A stretch of 64,000 nucleotides of DNA from a virus (Duplodnaviria > Caudoviricetes). The first letter of the stretch is position 1; the number at the start of each line of letters is the position of its first letter. Below, one piece after another: positions 9,016 through 18,614 of the stretch. Under the pieces are notes generated by a model. It made no database searches. It was not told the origin of the DNA and saw only the letters and a program-made list of their open reading frames with translations. The stretch is from IMG/VR virus record IMGVR_UViG_3300012983_000001, positions 64,001 to 128,000 of that record. One strand, written 5' to 3'. The translations under genes were made by a program, and so were the position numbers.

Positions 9016-10152
9016 CTAACCAAATATAATCTGTGAATAAGTTTTTTGTGCTGCTGGGTCACATTCTTTCATATATGCCATTTCTGGATAAAACTCAAAG
9101 AATGCTCGACCTTTGTATGTACCGAATTTGTTCTTAGCAAAGTGTACTTCGAATACAGGTTGCTTGTATGGATTACCTTGTTTCATGTAAAAGATATCAG
9201 CACCGTCGCCTTTATAGTGGACTTCGTTATAGACAAGCAATACAGCTTTGGCTTCATACTTAATCTTAACGGCTTCTCTGATATCATCAAGGATAGGTCT
9301 ACGGTTACCGTTCAATTTCTTCAATTCGGCTGAACAAACAACCACGATATTATGCTTAATCGCTAAATCGGAACACCACTGCGCTAAGTAATCGAATTTC
9401 GCCTTGTCCTGTAAACTAGGCTGTGATGCGATATTCAAATCGTGGAAGTTGTCAATACATACAACTAGCTTCTTGTTCATACCGTTTGCATCGAAGTATA
9501 TCAGTTTTTCTTCGATTTCTTTTTCAATGTCCTCTATAAAAGTACTGAATGTTGCATCGTATGCACGGTATCTATCTACTTTGGCTCTTAAATTTAAAAT
9601 CGCATTCTTTCTGCGGATGAGCATCAGTGGATAGTTCATGTAATTCAACGGTGTCTTAACAGCATTGATAATGAGTTTACCAGAACATGCCGCTACTCTG
9701 GCAAGCTTATCTGGCATCGCATCATCAAGAGAGAAGTCCATTACGTATACGTCTGGATTATTTTCAACAACACCCCATGCAAGCTGGGTGATAAATGCTG
9801 ATTTACCAAGGTTGGAATCTCCTGCTATGATAATAAATCCTGGAAACAACCCGCCTTCGAATCCTTTATCTATGCTGTCAAAGCCAGTTTTAATGCCTAT
9901 ATTCTTTGCTTGCCATGCGTTAGTCTCGAATGTATCAAGCGTATTCCACATGGCAAGCTCATAATCTTCAGAAGGTTTCTGAGGATAATTAAATGTGACA
10001 TTGTTAGGATTAGTATTGCCTATTTGTACGGAACAACTGGAATCAGTATAAGCGTTATCTTGAGCAGGAATTGCAGGTCCGTAAAAGTTAGGTGCGTTAA
10101 TGGTAATGACTTGATTGGTTTCCTGGTCAGTTACTTGTATCTGATTACTCAT
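9016..10152 (-). CDS. DnaB-like (SF4) replicative helicase, ATPase domain only
   Basis: IKTGFDSID, Walker A AGDSNLGKS, CIDNFH, RPILDDIRE and AKNKFG motifs. Confidence 0.85.
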   Translation of the reverse strand: MSNQIQVTDQETNQVITINAPNFYGPAIPAQDNAYTDSSCSVQIGNTNPNNVTFNYPQKPSEDYELAMWNTLDTFETNAWQAKNIGIKTGFDSIDKGFEGGLFPGFIIIAGDSNLGKSAFITQLAWGVVENNPDVYVMDFSLDDAMPDKLARVAACSGKLIINAVKTPLNYMNYPLMLIRRKNAILNLRAKVDRYRAYDATFSTFIEDIEKEIEEKLIYFDANGMNKKLVVCIDNFHDLNIASQPSLQDKAKFDYLAQWCSDLAIKHNIVVVCSAELKKLNGNRRPILDDIREAVKIKYEAKAVLLVYNEVHYKGDGADIFYMKQGNPYKQPVFEVHFAKNKFGTYKGRAFFEFYPEMAYMKECDPAAQKTYSQIIFG

Positions 10153-10171
10153 GTTGTTTTCTCCTTGTTAG

Positions 10172-10426
10172 TTACTTTGTAGGGTCAACAGGCTTGTTTG
10201 TAATCATGTTTATAAATGTTACGTCAACATAAATGTGGTCTTTGATTTGGTCAAATTGCAAAACCGCATGTATATGATGTCCATTCAATATCTGATTAGC
10301 TTCATTTACAGCCTGTTGACAACATCCTCTGAACCGATGAATGTTTTCTGATGTCATAAACTCATAAAGGAATTGATTCTTAAGTTTGTCTAAGCGTGTA
10401 AATAATTTTTGCACTGTCTCTTTCAT
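10172..10426 (-). CDS. Hypothetical protein
   Basis: ORF with AGGAG RBS between dut and the helicase. Confidence 0.6.
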   Translation of the reverse strand: MKETVQKLFTRLDKLKNQFLYEFMTSENIHRFRGCCQQAVNEANQILNGHHIHAVLQFDQIKDHIYVDVTFINMITNKPVDPTK

Positions 10427-10435
10427 AATATTCTC

Positions 10436-10951
10436 CTACTCTGTAGTACTGCCCATGCCTCCGTTGCGGATGCCATCAGCATCGTCGTCGATTGTCAGAC
10501 CGAATGGTAAGAAAATACCTTGCGCAAAACCATTGCCAGCCTGTACATTAAGAATCTTACCTTCATTGGAATCATTGGTTACCTTAATGAAGATGTGGCC
10601 TTCGTTGTCAGAATTTACGTAATCACTGTCAATAATGCCAACGGTGTTGTTTAACTGTAAGCGGAACTTAAATCCAAGACCGCTACGCGGGAAAAGCATC
10701 AATACCCAGCTGATGTCCATTGTACATCTGATACCTGTAGGAATCTTAATGGTCTTGCCTGGAGATAATTCAAAGGTCATTGGAGCAAAGAAATCATATC
10801 CTGCGGAACCCGTGGTTGCTCTCTTTGGCAACTTGATATTGTCGTAAATTACTTCTGCTTCGTCTTTGGTGCAACCGAATGTGTCAATCCAGTCAGCTAC
10901 GAACTGTTCCTTGCTTACTTTGTTGAATTGTGCTATGCTTCTGTTGTACAT
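10436..10951 (-). CDS. dut: Trimeric dUTPase
   Basis: SAGYDF, PRSGLG, GIIDSDY, AQGIF and RNGGMGST motifs; start placed at ATG 10951. Confidence 0.95.
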   Translation of the reverse strand: MYNRSIAQFNKVSKEQFVADWIDTFGCTKDEAEVIYDNIKLPKRATTGSAGYDFFAPMTFELSPGKTIKIPTGIRCTMDISWVLMLFPRSGLGFKFRLQLNNTVGIIDSDYVNSDNEGHIFIKVTNDSNEGKILNVQAGNGFAQGIFLPFGLTIDDDADGIRNGGMGSTTE

Positions 10952-11978
10952 TATCTTGTCCTTCTTTCTTTTTTGATAGTTTACATCTGCTTTCATCACA
11001 AACAGATATAGTCTTCAGAGTACTACAACCATATATCTTTTCGCCCATAAAGATACTTTTGATTGTTTTCTTCATCTCTTGAGCCCCAGTAGGTTTCACA
11101 TTCTTATCGTTCCATTCTGAGATAAAGTCTATAGTTTCATTCAAAGACTTTCCAGAGTTCTTACAGAACCCTGTCAGACATGCAATTGTAATATTACGTT
11201 GTCCCTCTGGTGCTCCATTTTCCAATATGTATTGAATACATGGCGGTGTAAAATCGTATTTTCTCTTAAACTTACGGTCTTTCTTCGCTTCTTTGTCTAA
11301 GATATAATACTCTTCAACGGCTCGTTGGAATTGCTTTTGTGCAATATTGTTCGTTGCAAATAATGTACTAAAGTGCAGGTCCCTTGGTTGTTGAGCCATT
11401 GTCTTAATTTGGTCTTCTGTCAGGTTTCGTAATTCATCAGAAGTGATTGGTATCTTGTACAGCTTACTTTTCTCATGGATAGTATTAGCTATACGAAATA
11501 AACGTTTGTTGTCGTAGATTTGCGTATCAATAGTCTTGTGTGGCGTAAAAGACTTAATAGATAACGCAATGGTTTTAAATACCCCATTCAGTAATGGCAT
11601 CGGCTCAATCCCAAGTATCTTAGCAGGAACAATAATGTGAATGCCTTTGTTCCCACTAAAATATATCTGCACTTGGTTTTCTTCGATGTGGTATACAATC
11701 TTTAAATAACTGAGTGCCGTTAATGCGTCCGCTCTTACATGAGAGAAATCATTAACATCATCGAAGTCTAAATATAAATCTCCGAATAAGTCTGACTTAG
11801 CGATATCTGTAGTGCTATAACGGTACGCACTACAAAACACACTGTATCTATTACGGTTTGCAATAAAATTAGAAATTGTCCGATACGGTATATAATTCCC
11901 ACGACTAAAACCTCTCTCTCCATTAGATTCGAATCCGAAGCCTACTTCACACAGGTAACACTCTTGTTCTGTACACAT
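10893..11978 (-). CDS. Archaeo-eukaryotic primase (prim-pol) with PriCT-like C-terminal domain
   Basis: LYLDFDD (motif I), SGNKGIH (motif II), IDTQIYD..RLFRIANT (motif III), PPC...EGQRN...YGC...C...C; start ATG 11978 with GGAGG RBS. Confidence 0.9.
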   Translation of the reverse strand: MCTEQECYLCEVGFGFESNGERGFSRGNYIPYRTISNFIANRNRYSVFCSAYRYSTTDIAKSDLFGDLYLDFDDVNDFSHVRADALTALSYLKIVYHIEENQVQIYFSGNKGIHIIVPAKILGIEPMPLLNGVFKTIALSIKSFTPHKTIDTQIYDNKRLFRIANTIHEKSKLYKIPITSDELRNLTEDQIKTMAQQPRDLHFSTLFATNNIAQKQFQRAVEEYYILDKEAKKDRKFKRKYDFTPPCIQYILENGAPEGQRNITIACLTGFCKNSGKSLNETIDFISEWNDKNVKPTGAQEMKKTIKSIFMGEKIYGCSTLKTISVCDESRCKLSKKKEGQDNVQQKHSTIQQSKQGTVRS

Positions 11979-12585
11979 ATTTATTGCCTCCAGAATATAC
12001 ACAGTTATTCTTAATCTCTTCAAGATACTGTGAAGCTGTTGAACTATAGGAATCGAAATCAGTTAATGTAAATACTTTGTGCTCTGCCTCATACATACGT
12101 GCTGCTCCTTCAATCATGAAGAGCAATTTGTCCAGACCATATTTTTCTATCATATGTCTGAACATCCCTGCCATACGTTTAGGATTGTATTCCTGCACGT
12201 CTGCCATGTCTTTGGAGTAGAAGTATGTAAGTAAATCATTCATAGTATAGCTGGCTACTGGCTCTAAATAGTACTCTATCTTTTCGCTAGTCATGGTGCC
12301 GCTGTCTATATCATGATGAATAACAGGAAGCGAATTCATAAGCTTTAATTGTTTATGATAATACATCACTCCCTGCTTTAAAAGATTACCTTCCTGCTTG
12401 CAAGGTTTTGCGAACTTATAGGCTGGGAATGGCTTCTTTTTGTGTAAGTCATCCAGCATCGCGTTACGAATCTCTTCGTAAGTATAACCATTATCAAGAA
12501 ACATGCACAGCTGTGCAATGATTTCCTTCTTGCGTTGCTCGGTTGGGCTACACTTTTCAATCAACACGATATATGTAGCCGCCAA
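11947..12585 (-). CDS. Hypothetical replication-cluster protein (possibly also made as a -1 frameshift fusion with the upstream SSAP)
   Basis: 212-aa ORF with a weak TTG start; the frame is open back to 12633, across a G GGA AAA heptamer. Confidence 0.65.
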   Translation of the reverse strand: MAATYIVLIEKCSPTEQRKKEIIAQLCMFLDNGYTYEEIRNAMLDDLHKKKPFPAYKFAKPCKQEGNLLKQGVMYYHKQLKLMNSLPVIHHDIDSGTMTSEKIEYYLEPVASYTMNDLLTYFYSKDMADVQEYNPKRMAGMFRHMIEKYGLDKLLFMIEGAARMYEAEHKVFTLTDFDSYSSTASQYLEEIKNNCVYSGGNKYVYRTRVLPV

Positions 12586-12608
12586 ATCAAAAACGGAACC
12601 TTTCTTGA

Positions 12609-13379
12609 CTAGCAGTCCATTTTTCCCAGGCCTTCAACCCAGTCTAAGAACGCATTTGCATTTGCAGGTGTAATCTGTGATTTACTTGTGAGGGTTTTGT
12701 CCCATGTATTGACATAGTTACCAAACATTGCATCATTCGTGATATCGAAATCCTGCTTGAACTTGTTCAGTCTGTCAATCTGTCTCTGAGAAAAGCCTTT
12801 GTATTTCTCTAATGGAGCATCATAATCGGATGGCACATTAGACTCTGGTGCAGGTGTGCTTGTAACTTCCTGCTGAAGTTCTCTATGGCAATTCTCTGTC
12901 ATTGCATCCATAGGAACACCCTGTAACGGAATACCGTTGTTGTCTTTGTAATTATAGAACTGTGCCGCTGTGTTTACTTGCTCTGGCGCTGGCTGACCCA
13001 AAGCACTCATAATCTGGTCTGCTGTCATTTGCTGACTGCCAGGATTAGCCTGAGGCGTAGACTGTGGAGCAGCTGTCTTCTTGTCAATAAATGTTTGACA
13101 AGCATCTAAAATAGCGAACAAATGATTCACATGATAATCCTTGACCTTACATAAAGAACGTCCTGTGTATACTCTTCCTGGAGTATAAACCGTTACTGTT
13201 GTACAGACCATTGAATTATCCATAGCAAATCTTTCGTCCGCTAACTCCCATGTCCATAATTCACCGAAGAACTTATCCAGTGCTGGAATGATATCTGTAT
13301 AAGCTACTTCTGGCATTTTTGTGCCTTTCTTTTCTGGTACTAATCCCATGTAAAACTTGCATAACTCTGTGTTGCTCAT
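12609..13379 (-). CDS. Rad52/Sak-like single-strand annealing protein
   Basis: VAYTDIIPALDKFFGELWTWE...VCTTVTVYT...YTGRS N-terminal pattern followed by a Q/P-rich linker; start ATG 13379 with AAAGGAG RBS. Confidence 0.6.
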   Translation of the reverse strand: MSNTELCKFYMGLVPEKKGTKMPEVAYTDIIPALDKFFGELWTWELADERFAMDNSMVCTTVTVYTPGRVYTGRSLCKVKDYHVNHLFAILDACQTFIDKKTAAPQSTPQANPGSQQMTADQIMSALGQPAPEQVNTAAQFYNYKDNNGIPLQGVPMDAMTENCHRELQQEVTSTPAPESNVPSDYDAPLEKYKGFSQRQIDRLNKFKQDFDITNDAMFGNYVNTWDKTLTSKSQITPANANAFLDWVEGLGKMDC

Positions 13380-13410
13380 TTTGTTTACTCCTTTCACTTG
13401 ATGTATTTTA

Positions 13411-13439
13411 ATAATACAACTTAAAATCCTAGATGTCAA
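13411..13439 (-). promoter_or_regulatory. Sigma-A-type promoter of the replication operon
   Basis: TTGACA-17 bp-TATTAT, 31 bp upstream of the SSAP start. Confidence 0.8.
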
Positions 13440-13447
13440 TACCATAA

Positions 13448-13483
13448 ATAGAAAAAGACCAGAATATTTCATCTAGTCTTTTC
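13448..13483 (-). terminator. Intrinsic terminator
   Basis: GAAAAGACTAGA-tgaaatat-TCTGGTCTTTTT hairpin with a U-rich 3' end, between the structural and replication blocks. Confidence 0.75.
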
Positions 13484-13533
13484 CTGTTTCGTCTTACGGA
13501 TATAAAACAAAACAGCAAGTTATGAGTTTTACT
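13448..13533 (-). ncRNA. Candidate ~85-nt small RNA
   Basis: Has its own consensus promoter, no ORF, a 13-bp hairpin CTGTTTTGTTTTA-tatccg-TAAGACGAAACAG, then the terminator. Confidence 0.45.
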
Positions 13534-13539
13534 GATTTG

Positions 13540-13568
13540 ATTATATCCTATTCTGACGAAATATTCAA
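13540..13568 (-). promoter_or_regulatory. Sigma-A-type promoter of the candidate sRNA
   Basis: TTGAAT-17 bp-TATAAT. Confidence 0.65.
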
Positions 13569-13576
13569 TACATAAT

Positions 13577-14848
13577 TTACGCTAATTTGTATTTTACATT
13601 ACACTTATAAATGTTCGGCGTCACCTGGTTACCTTCAATGGTATAACGGACCATCATTTTATGTCCCTGTAATACAAATGGACATGTCGACGGAATCTTA
13701 TGAGTATTACCATTGGAATCAAAATAGAAATACTCTTTAGATACACCGAAGTTTCCGTCGTCGGTCATATGCGCATTGTTAAAAAAGACTTCGCTGTCAT
13801 AAACCTTGATGTTCTTATCGGTCTCTGGGAAGTCATATACCATTTCGAATACGCTATGGTCTCTTGTATATACGTTATATAAAACGTTAACATCTCTGAG
13901 ACCAAAGTACCAGATACGTCTATTGTTTTCCGCATCATATTCGTAGTTACGCTGACGTAACTTAATCTTCAGCTGACTAGTCTGTAATCCCTGAAAATTG
14001 AATTTGATATTCGACGAATTATTGATTGCATGATATTGATATGCATTTCCAAAAGCATCGTTCGCAGAATACTCCATACAACCATGATGTTCAGTAAACC
14101 CTGGGATTCTTTGCCATGCGCCGTTAGATTTATATTGCACGTCCATAATGTCTACAAATCCAACAGGGAAGGCTTTAACAATTATTTGGTTCATTAAACG
14201 TGTAGTAATGATATCCTCAGGGAGACCAACTATAACTTCGTTTTCAATAAATTCTACCTCTGGACTGGTAGTAACCTTACGAAACCAAACATTGTTATCA
14301 TTGCCATCGAATGCGTGCGTAATATCGCTATCTTCGATTGCATAGATGAGTCCGCCAACTTTGAAACTATCTGGTCCAATATAAGCTTGTAAGCTAGGTG
14401 ATACCAGCGTTTCATCATACGTAGAATCATACAAACGTGTTTTACTGATACTGCTGGCGATATGCGCTACGATATCATTTGTATTTTGGTCAATGGTTGC
14501 AGCGTACTCGTCATCAGTAGTAGTTGCCTCGAATGCATAACGACTAACAGTTCGGAATTCATCGTCCTTACTAGTTAAGTTATTGTATGCTTCTTGCAGT
14601 CTATCCAAATTGGTGACCGCAGCTTCCAAACGTTTCGCATAACACACTGATTCAATGTTGTTGGACAGATTCATTTCGTAGATAGTCTTTTGTAATTGAT
14701 TTGCTTTGTTAAACAAATCCAGGATATCATGAAAAGCTTCCTGTTGCATTGCATTCAGATTTTCACTGCTCATTGGGGCTCTGTATCTAAAGTCCCGTTC
14801 TTTAATGCTTGGTATGTTTCTTACAAACAGATTACTGCTATTACTCAT
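13577..14848 (-). CDS. Virion structural protein (helical N-terminus plus jelly-roll-like domain)
   Basis: APMSSENLN N-terminal motif and HAFDGNDNNVW motif shared with neighbouring paralogs; start ATG 14848 with AGGAGG RBS. Confidence 0.6.
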   Translation of the reverse strand: MSNSSNLFVRNIPSIKERDFRYRAPMSSENLNAMQQEAFHDILDLFNKANQLQKTIYEMNLSNNIESVCYAKRLEAAVTNLDRLQEAYNNLTSKDDEFRTVSRYAFEATTTDDEYAATIDQNTNDIVAHIASSISKTRLYDSTYDETLVSPSLQAYIGPDSFKVGGLIYAIEDSDITHAFDGNDNNVWFRKVTTSPEVEFIENEVIVGLPEDIITTRLMNQIIVKAFPVGFVDIMDVQYKSNGAWQRIPGFTEHHGCMEYSANDAFGNAYQYHAINNSSNIKFNFQGLQTSQLKIKLRQRNYEYDAENNRRIWYFGLRDVNVLYNVYTRDHSVFEMVYDFPETDKNIKVYDSEVFFNNAHMTDDGNFGVSKEYFYFDSNGNTHKIPSTCPFVLQGHKMMVRYTIEGNQVTPNIYKCNVKYKLA

Positions 14849-16571
14849 GACTTTCCTCCTTTTCTGATTGATACTTACCAGTAGTAAATCTGCTATCGGT
14901 AATACGTGCTGAGCTTTCACTTTCGATTTGATAAATCACATTCATGGTTTTTGTTCTGATGTTTCCATTACCGTGCGTTGCATCAACCAAATCATTAAAA
15001 TCTTGCTCAATCTTTGCATATAACTCGTACAGAGTTTTAATGTTCTCCCATAACATAAAACTTATACTATTATGTTTATAAGCTTCTGCTGGGCCTCTGT
15101 ATCTGTTATTGATACGTGTTGCTTCAGGGTAATGATTCTGTAATGTAATTGGTGCATAGCCTGTCGTTTCTGTTGGGTCAATCTCAAGTCCTGTAACGAT
15201 TAACGTGGTCGTGGCAATAACATCTTTGTCTTTATATGTAACAAGGAACTCGTTAACACCTACATACTGAATAACATTACTGTTGAGCGCAAAGTCTTTG
15301 ACAATAACAATGGCACCATTGGTATAATGTGCTTTACATATTACCCGTTCAACACTGAAAGATTTACCTTTAGTAACTGGAGCCCCAGTATACTGTGCTT
15401 CGATAAAACTTAAGACAGCTTCTGGCTTGATACCAGTAACTATCATGGTTGTTGAAACAATGCCAGTTTTACCTTGATATTGTACTACGACATGATTAAC
15501 ACCTTCATGTTCTACGGTCTTATTTGAAAACGTACATCTATCAGGACTAATATCTTCATAATAGGCATTGACATTATCATTAGCCTGGTAATAGATTTTG
15601 ATTTTACAATAACTCGTATCGAAATTATTGCCAACCTCAACATTAGGTCCATCATAGTATGCAATCAATCTGGATGAGGATACCTCATACGTTGGTATAA
15701 CAACGTTTGCATAGAACCCTTTATAATAAATAGTGATAACTCCAGCATTGTTTGCACTCACCACGTTCCCGCTAGGGAACGAAAAATCTGTAACTGTTGC
15801 TGTTGATTCATCTGAATATTGCGCAACAACGTAAAAGTATTTACGTAATGCTTCTTGGCCATAAGCAATACTTGGACCATCATAGAATGCCTCAATGCCA
15901 ATCAAGCTTTTAGTACCTTCAATGATTGCTGTTGTAATAAACGTTGTTCCAGTTGGAGACGTATAAGTAATCTTAATTGTATTACTTGCCAGTTGTGTAA
16001 TAACCTTATCATCTGGTTCAACATTATAGCCTTCCTTAATTTGTACTCTATTACCATCCGCATAAACAGCCCATACTTCCAGATATTTATCTTCGAATGC
16101 AGTACCGACAGGAACAGCTGCTCCAGTATACTTTGCAACAATAGTTACTATATCAGGAGTGGCATACTGGTCCACATACACAATAGCATAATGGTCAAAG
16201 CGTTTCTTGGTTGAATCTGCATGGAAGATAACACTACTTTCGGTAACTACAAATGGCTCATAATAGTATTGCGCACTATTTTCTGAATCATCTTCTACAT
16301 CAACTGTCTTATCATATTCATTGATTTTCTTGGTAATGTCATTGTAATTATCGTCTATATCAAGAATAGATGTATATCCAAATTCTGAAATAGGCACAAC
16401 CTTATACACACAACCGTTAACGACATTTGTTGGATTGTCAATTTGAATTTCTGGAGTACCATAGAATACTTTTGTATCAACAGGAAGTTGAGTAAATGTT
16501 CCGTATTCTTTACCAAGGTCTGGAATTAAGTTACCTTCTACTCTACACCATTCATATCTAAATACAGCCAT
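14841..16571 (-). CDS. Virion protein with four bacterial Ig-like repeats
   Basis: Repeated A.Y.G..V..G..F...V.A.Y..G units. Confidence 0.7.
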   Translation of the reverse strand: MAVFRYEWCRVEGNLIPDLGKEYGTFTQLPVDTKVFYGTPEIQIDNPTNVVNGCVYKVVPISEFGYTSILDIDDNYNDITKKINEYDKTVDVEDDSENSAQYYYEPFVVTESSVIFHADSTKKRFDHYAIVYVDQYATPDIVTIVAKYTGAAVPVGTAFEDKYLEVWAVYADGNRVQIKEGYNVEPDDKVITQLASNTIKITYTSPTGTTFITTAIIEGTKSLIGIEAFYDGPSIAYGQEALRKYFYVVAQYSDESTATVTDFSFPSGNVVSANNAGVITIYYKGFYANVVIPTYEVSSSRLIAYYDGPNVEVGNNFDTSYCKIKIYYQANDNVNAYYEDISPDRCTFSNKTVEHEGVNHVVVQYQGKTGIVSTTMIVTGIKPEAVLSFIEAQYTGAPVTKGKSFSVERVICKAHYTNGAIVIVKDFALNSNVIQYVGVNEFLVTYKDKDVIATTTLIVTGLEIDPTETTGYAPITLQNHYPEATRINNRYRGPAEAYKHNSISFMLWENIKTLYELYAKIEQDFNDLVDATHGNGNIRTKTMNVIYQIESESSARITDSRFTTGKYQSEKEESHE

Positions 16572-16580
16572 TTAACTCAC

Positions 16581-18614
16581 CTACCTTCCTGTGATTCTAA
16601 AGTTTACGAGCTCTGGAGATACATTACGGTCCGTACTGGAAAGCACAGCCATGATTCTAAACGAAAGGCTATTGTTTTCAAAGTAGCCTATCATATCTTC
16701 ATTCAGTGCGTAATAACTGATAAAGTATCCCATATCATTCAGGTCTGACTGAATCATGTCATCTGGATTACACTTAACATAAACGTAACCATCTTTAATG
16801 GTGTAATACTGATAGGTATCGCCTATTAGTTTGTCTAATACGCCATTACTGGTATATTTCATTGGTACGAAACCAAATACATCGTTCGTAAGTGCCTTAA
16901 AGTTTAAGTTATGATACAGATGCTTAATAGTTGCATTATTACTTGGACAGTAAATGGCTATCTGAATCTTATTGATGCCTTTACGTAATGCAAATGAATA
17001 CTGTTTATTCTCAGTTGTAGTTACTTCGTATCCATTGACAAAGATACGGATTTCGGCATTAGCATCTGTTTTGTAATCATCTTCAACGACCTTTACGAAC
17101 TTGTTAAATAAATTCATTGACCGTTCTAATGAAACAAACTGAGTCATTACGTATAAGACATTGGTCTGGATACCAAATTTATCATAATTCTCACAATCCA
17201 TAAATAACTGAGACATGTTACAGTGACTAACATGAGTACTAAAGTCACCTGTTGCCAAATTAAATCCGTCTTCGTTGGAATCGCCTGCTTTGCGGTTATA
17301 TCGCTTAACAGACCACATGTTATAAGCAGGAGTAAGCTTAATACTGTTTTGATTGATGTTCTCTGGAAGCTTAAAAAGCTTATACAGGTTCAACAGTTCG
17401 CCTTCTTCTGCAAATCCGTTAACGTGATAGTTTAAAATCTTGTGTCGCTTACTAAACATCGTTAACGGGTAATCTTTGTGGTTTTCAATCGCATCCCAGC
17501 CTATCTTATCGACGCCATTATCAAAACCGATAAAGTAATCTATTCTTGTACTGCTGAATACCATATCGGTAGCATCTAACTTTATCGTACTGGTCAAATC
17601 ATTGAAGACAATCGGTTTGGATACAAATATTGACTTTGACTCAAACTCTTCTTTGGCAATCGAAATATTCTTTAAGATGAAATAATATTCGTGCGCACTG
17701 CCGTCTGTGCTTAATCCATCTGGCTCAGTCTTATGGCAAATAATCTTTAAATATCTTGCTGTCTTTACATTGAAATTCCATTCTGCATAATCTCTATTAT
17801 TGACATCATATACAGGGATAAAGTTTTCATTGTCTTCGGATAAGTATAATTCACACGGCATTACTCGTGTAGATGTAAAAGAAAACGATACTGTATTAAA
17901 TGTCAGCATAGACCCAAGGTCTACATGGATTTCAATCGTCTTTTCGTTTGTACCCGTGCTTTGAGCTACTAGAATGTACATGTTAGTTGCGACGTCGTCT
18001 AAGACATGTTGCAGGGTACCTTTTGCTGTGTATCCACTGAAACCATTCAGGCCTTTGATTGCAATTGTGGCATTCTGTAATGCAATCTTATTCATCTTTG
18101 CACTCATACGGTCCGTGTACAGTTTCTTTTGTAGTAAGTCCACAAAGGATGTGGTATATGGAATATTACGCTTGGCATCTCCGTAAAACTCTACGCCATA
18201 CAGGTCATCAAATACTTGTACATATTGTTTGACATGACTAGTAGTTCTTAACGCATCAGTAACGTTTTCAACACGTAATGCTAATTTTGTTAATGCGTTA
18301 CGCACGCGATGCTGTTCTAAGTCATAATATTCCTGCATGGCAACAGCCTTGTTATTTGCCTCGATATTAGCCTGATAAATAGTTTCCATATCTTCGCCAA
18401 GAGTTCTAAAGTTATGATTATAATCGTCCTTACTGGACTCTTCGTAAGGCTTTTGTTTAATCGGTTTATAACAAGGCATTCCCATAATATGATTATCAAA
18501 GTACTCTGCCAGCAGTCTATTGAGTTCGAAGTTATTTGGTTCGACACCTTTACGTAAAAGCTGCTGTGTGAATTCTTCAGTTTTTCTTTTTCTTTGAATC
18601 GAACTAATACTCAA
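16581..18614 (-). CDS. Virion structural protein with a discoidin/F5-8C-like domain
   Basis: IHVDLG...F....LYLSEDNENF...W.F...ARYLKI pattern; TTG start at 18614 after GGAGGTG. Confidence 0.6.
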   Translation of the reverse strand: MSISSIQRKRKTEEFTQQLLRKGVEPNNFELNRLLAEYFDNHIMGMPCYKPIKQKPYEESSKDDYNHNFRTLGEDMETIYQANIEANNKAVAMQEYYDLEQHRVRNALTKLALRVENVTDALRTTSHVKQYVQVFDDLYGVEFYGDAKRNIPYTTSFVDLLQKKLYTDRMSAKMNKIALQNATIAIKGLNGFSGYTAKGTLQHVLDDVATNMYILVAQSTGTNEKTIEIHVDLGSMLTFNTVSFSFTSTRVMPCELYLSEDNENFIPVYDVNNRDYAEWNFNVKTARYLKIICHKTEPDGLSTDGSAHEYYFILKNISIAKEEFESKSIFVSKPIVFNDLTSTIKLDATDMVFSSTRIDYFIGFDNGVDKIGWDAIENHKDYPLTMFSKRHKILNYHVNGFAEEGELLNLYKLFKLPENINQNSIKLTPAYNMWSVKRYNRKAGDSNEDGFNLATGDFSTHVSHCNMSQLFMDCENYDKFGIQTNVLYVMTQFVSLERSMNLFNKFVKVVEDDYKTDANAEIRIFVNGYEVTTTENKQYSFALRKGINKIQIAIYCPSNNATIKHLYHNLNFKALTNDVFGFVPMKYTSNGVLDKLIGDTYQYYTIKDGYVYVKCNPDDMIQSDLNDMGYFISYYALNEDMIGYFENNSLSFRIMAVLSSTDRNVSPELVNFRITGR

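Noticed and set aside
13505-13525. Resemblance of TGCTGTTTTG / CAAAACAGCAAGTTA to the Cas9 repeat or tracrRNA
   Set aside because: Only 10-15 nt of AT-rich similarity, with no array or cas genes; chance cannot be excluded without a search
13484-13560. Hammerhead ribozyme (TCCGTAAGACGAAAC resembles stem II-GAAA)
   Set aside because: No CUGANGA core on the same strand; CTGACGA occurs only on the opposite strand
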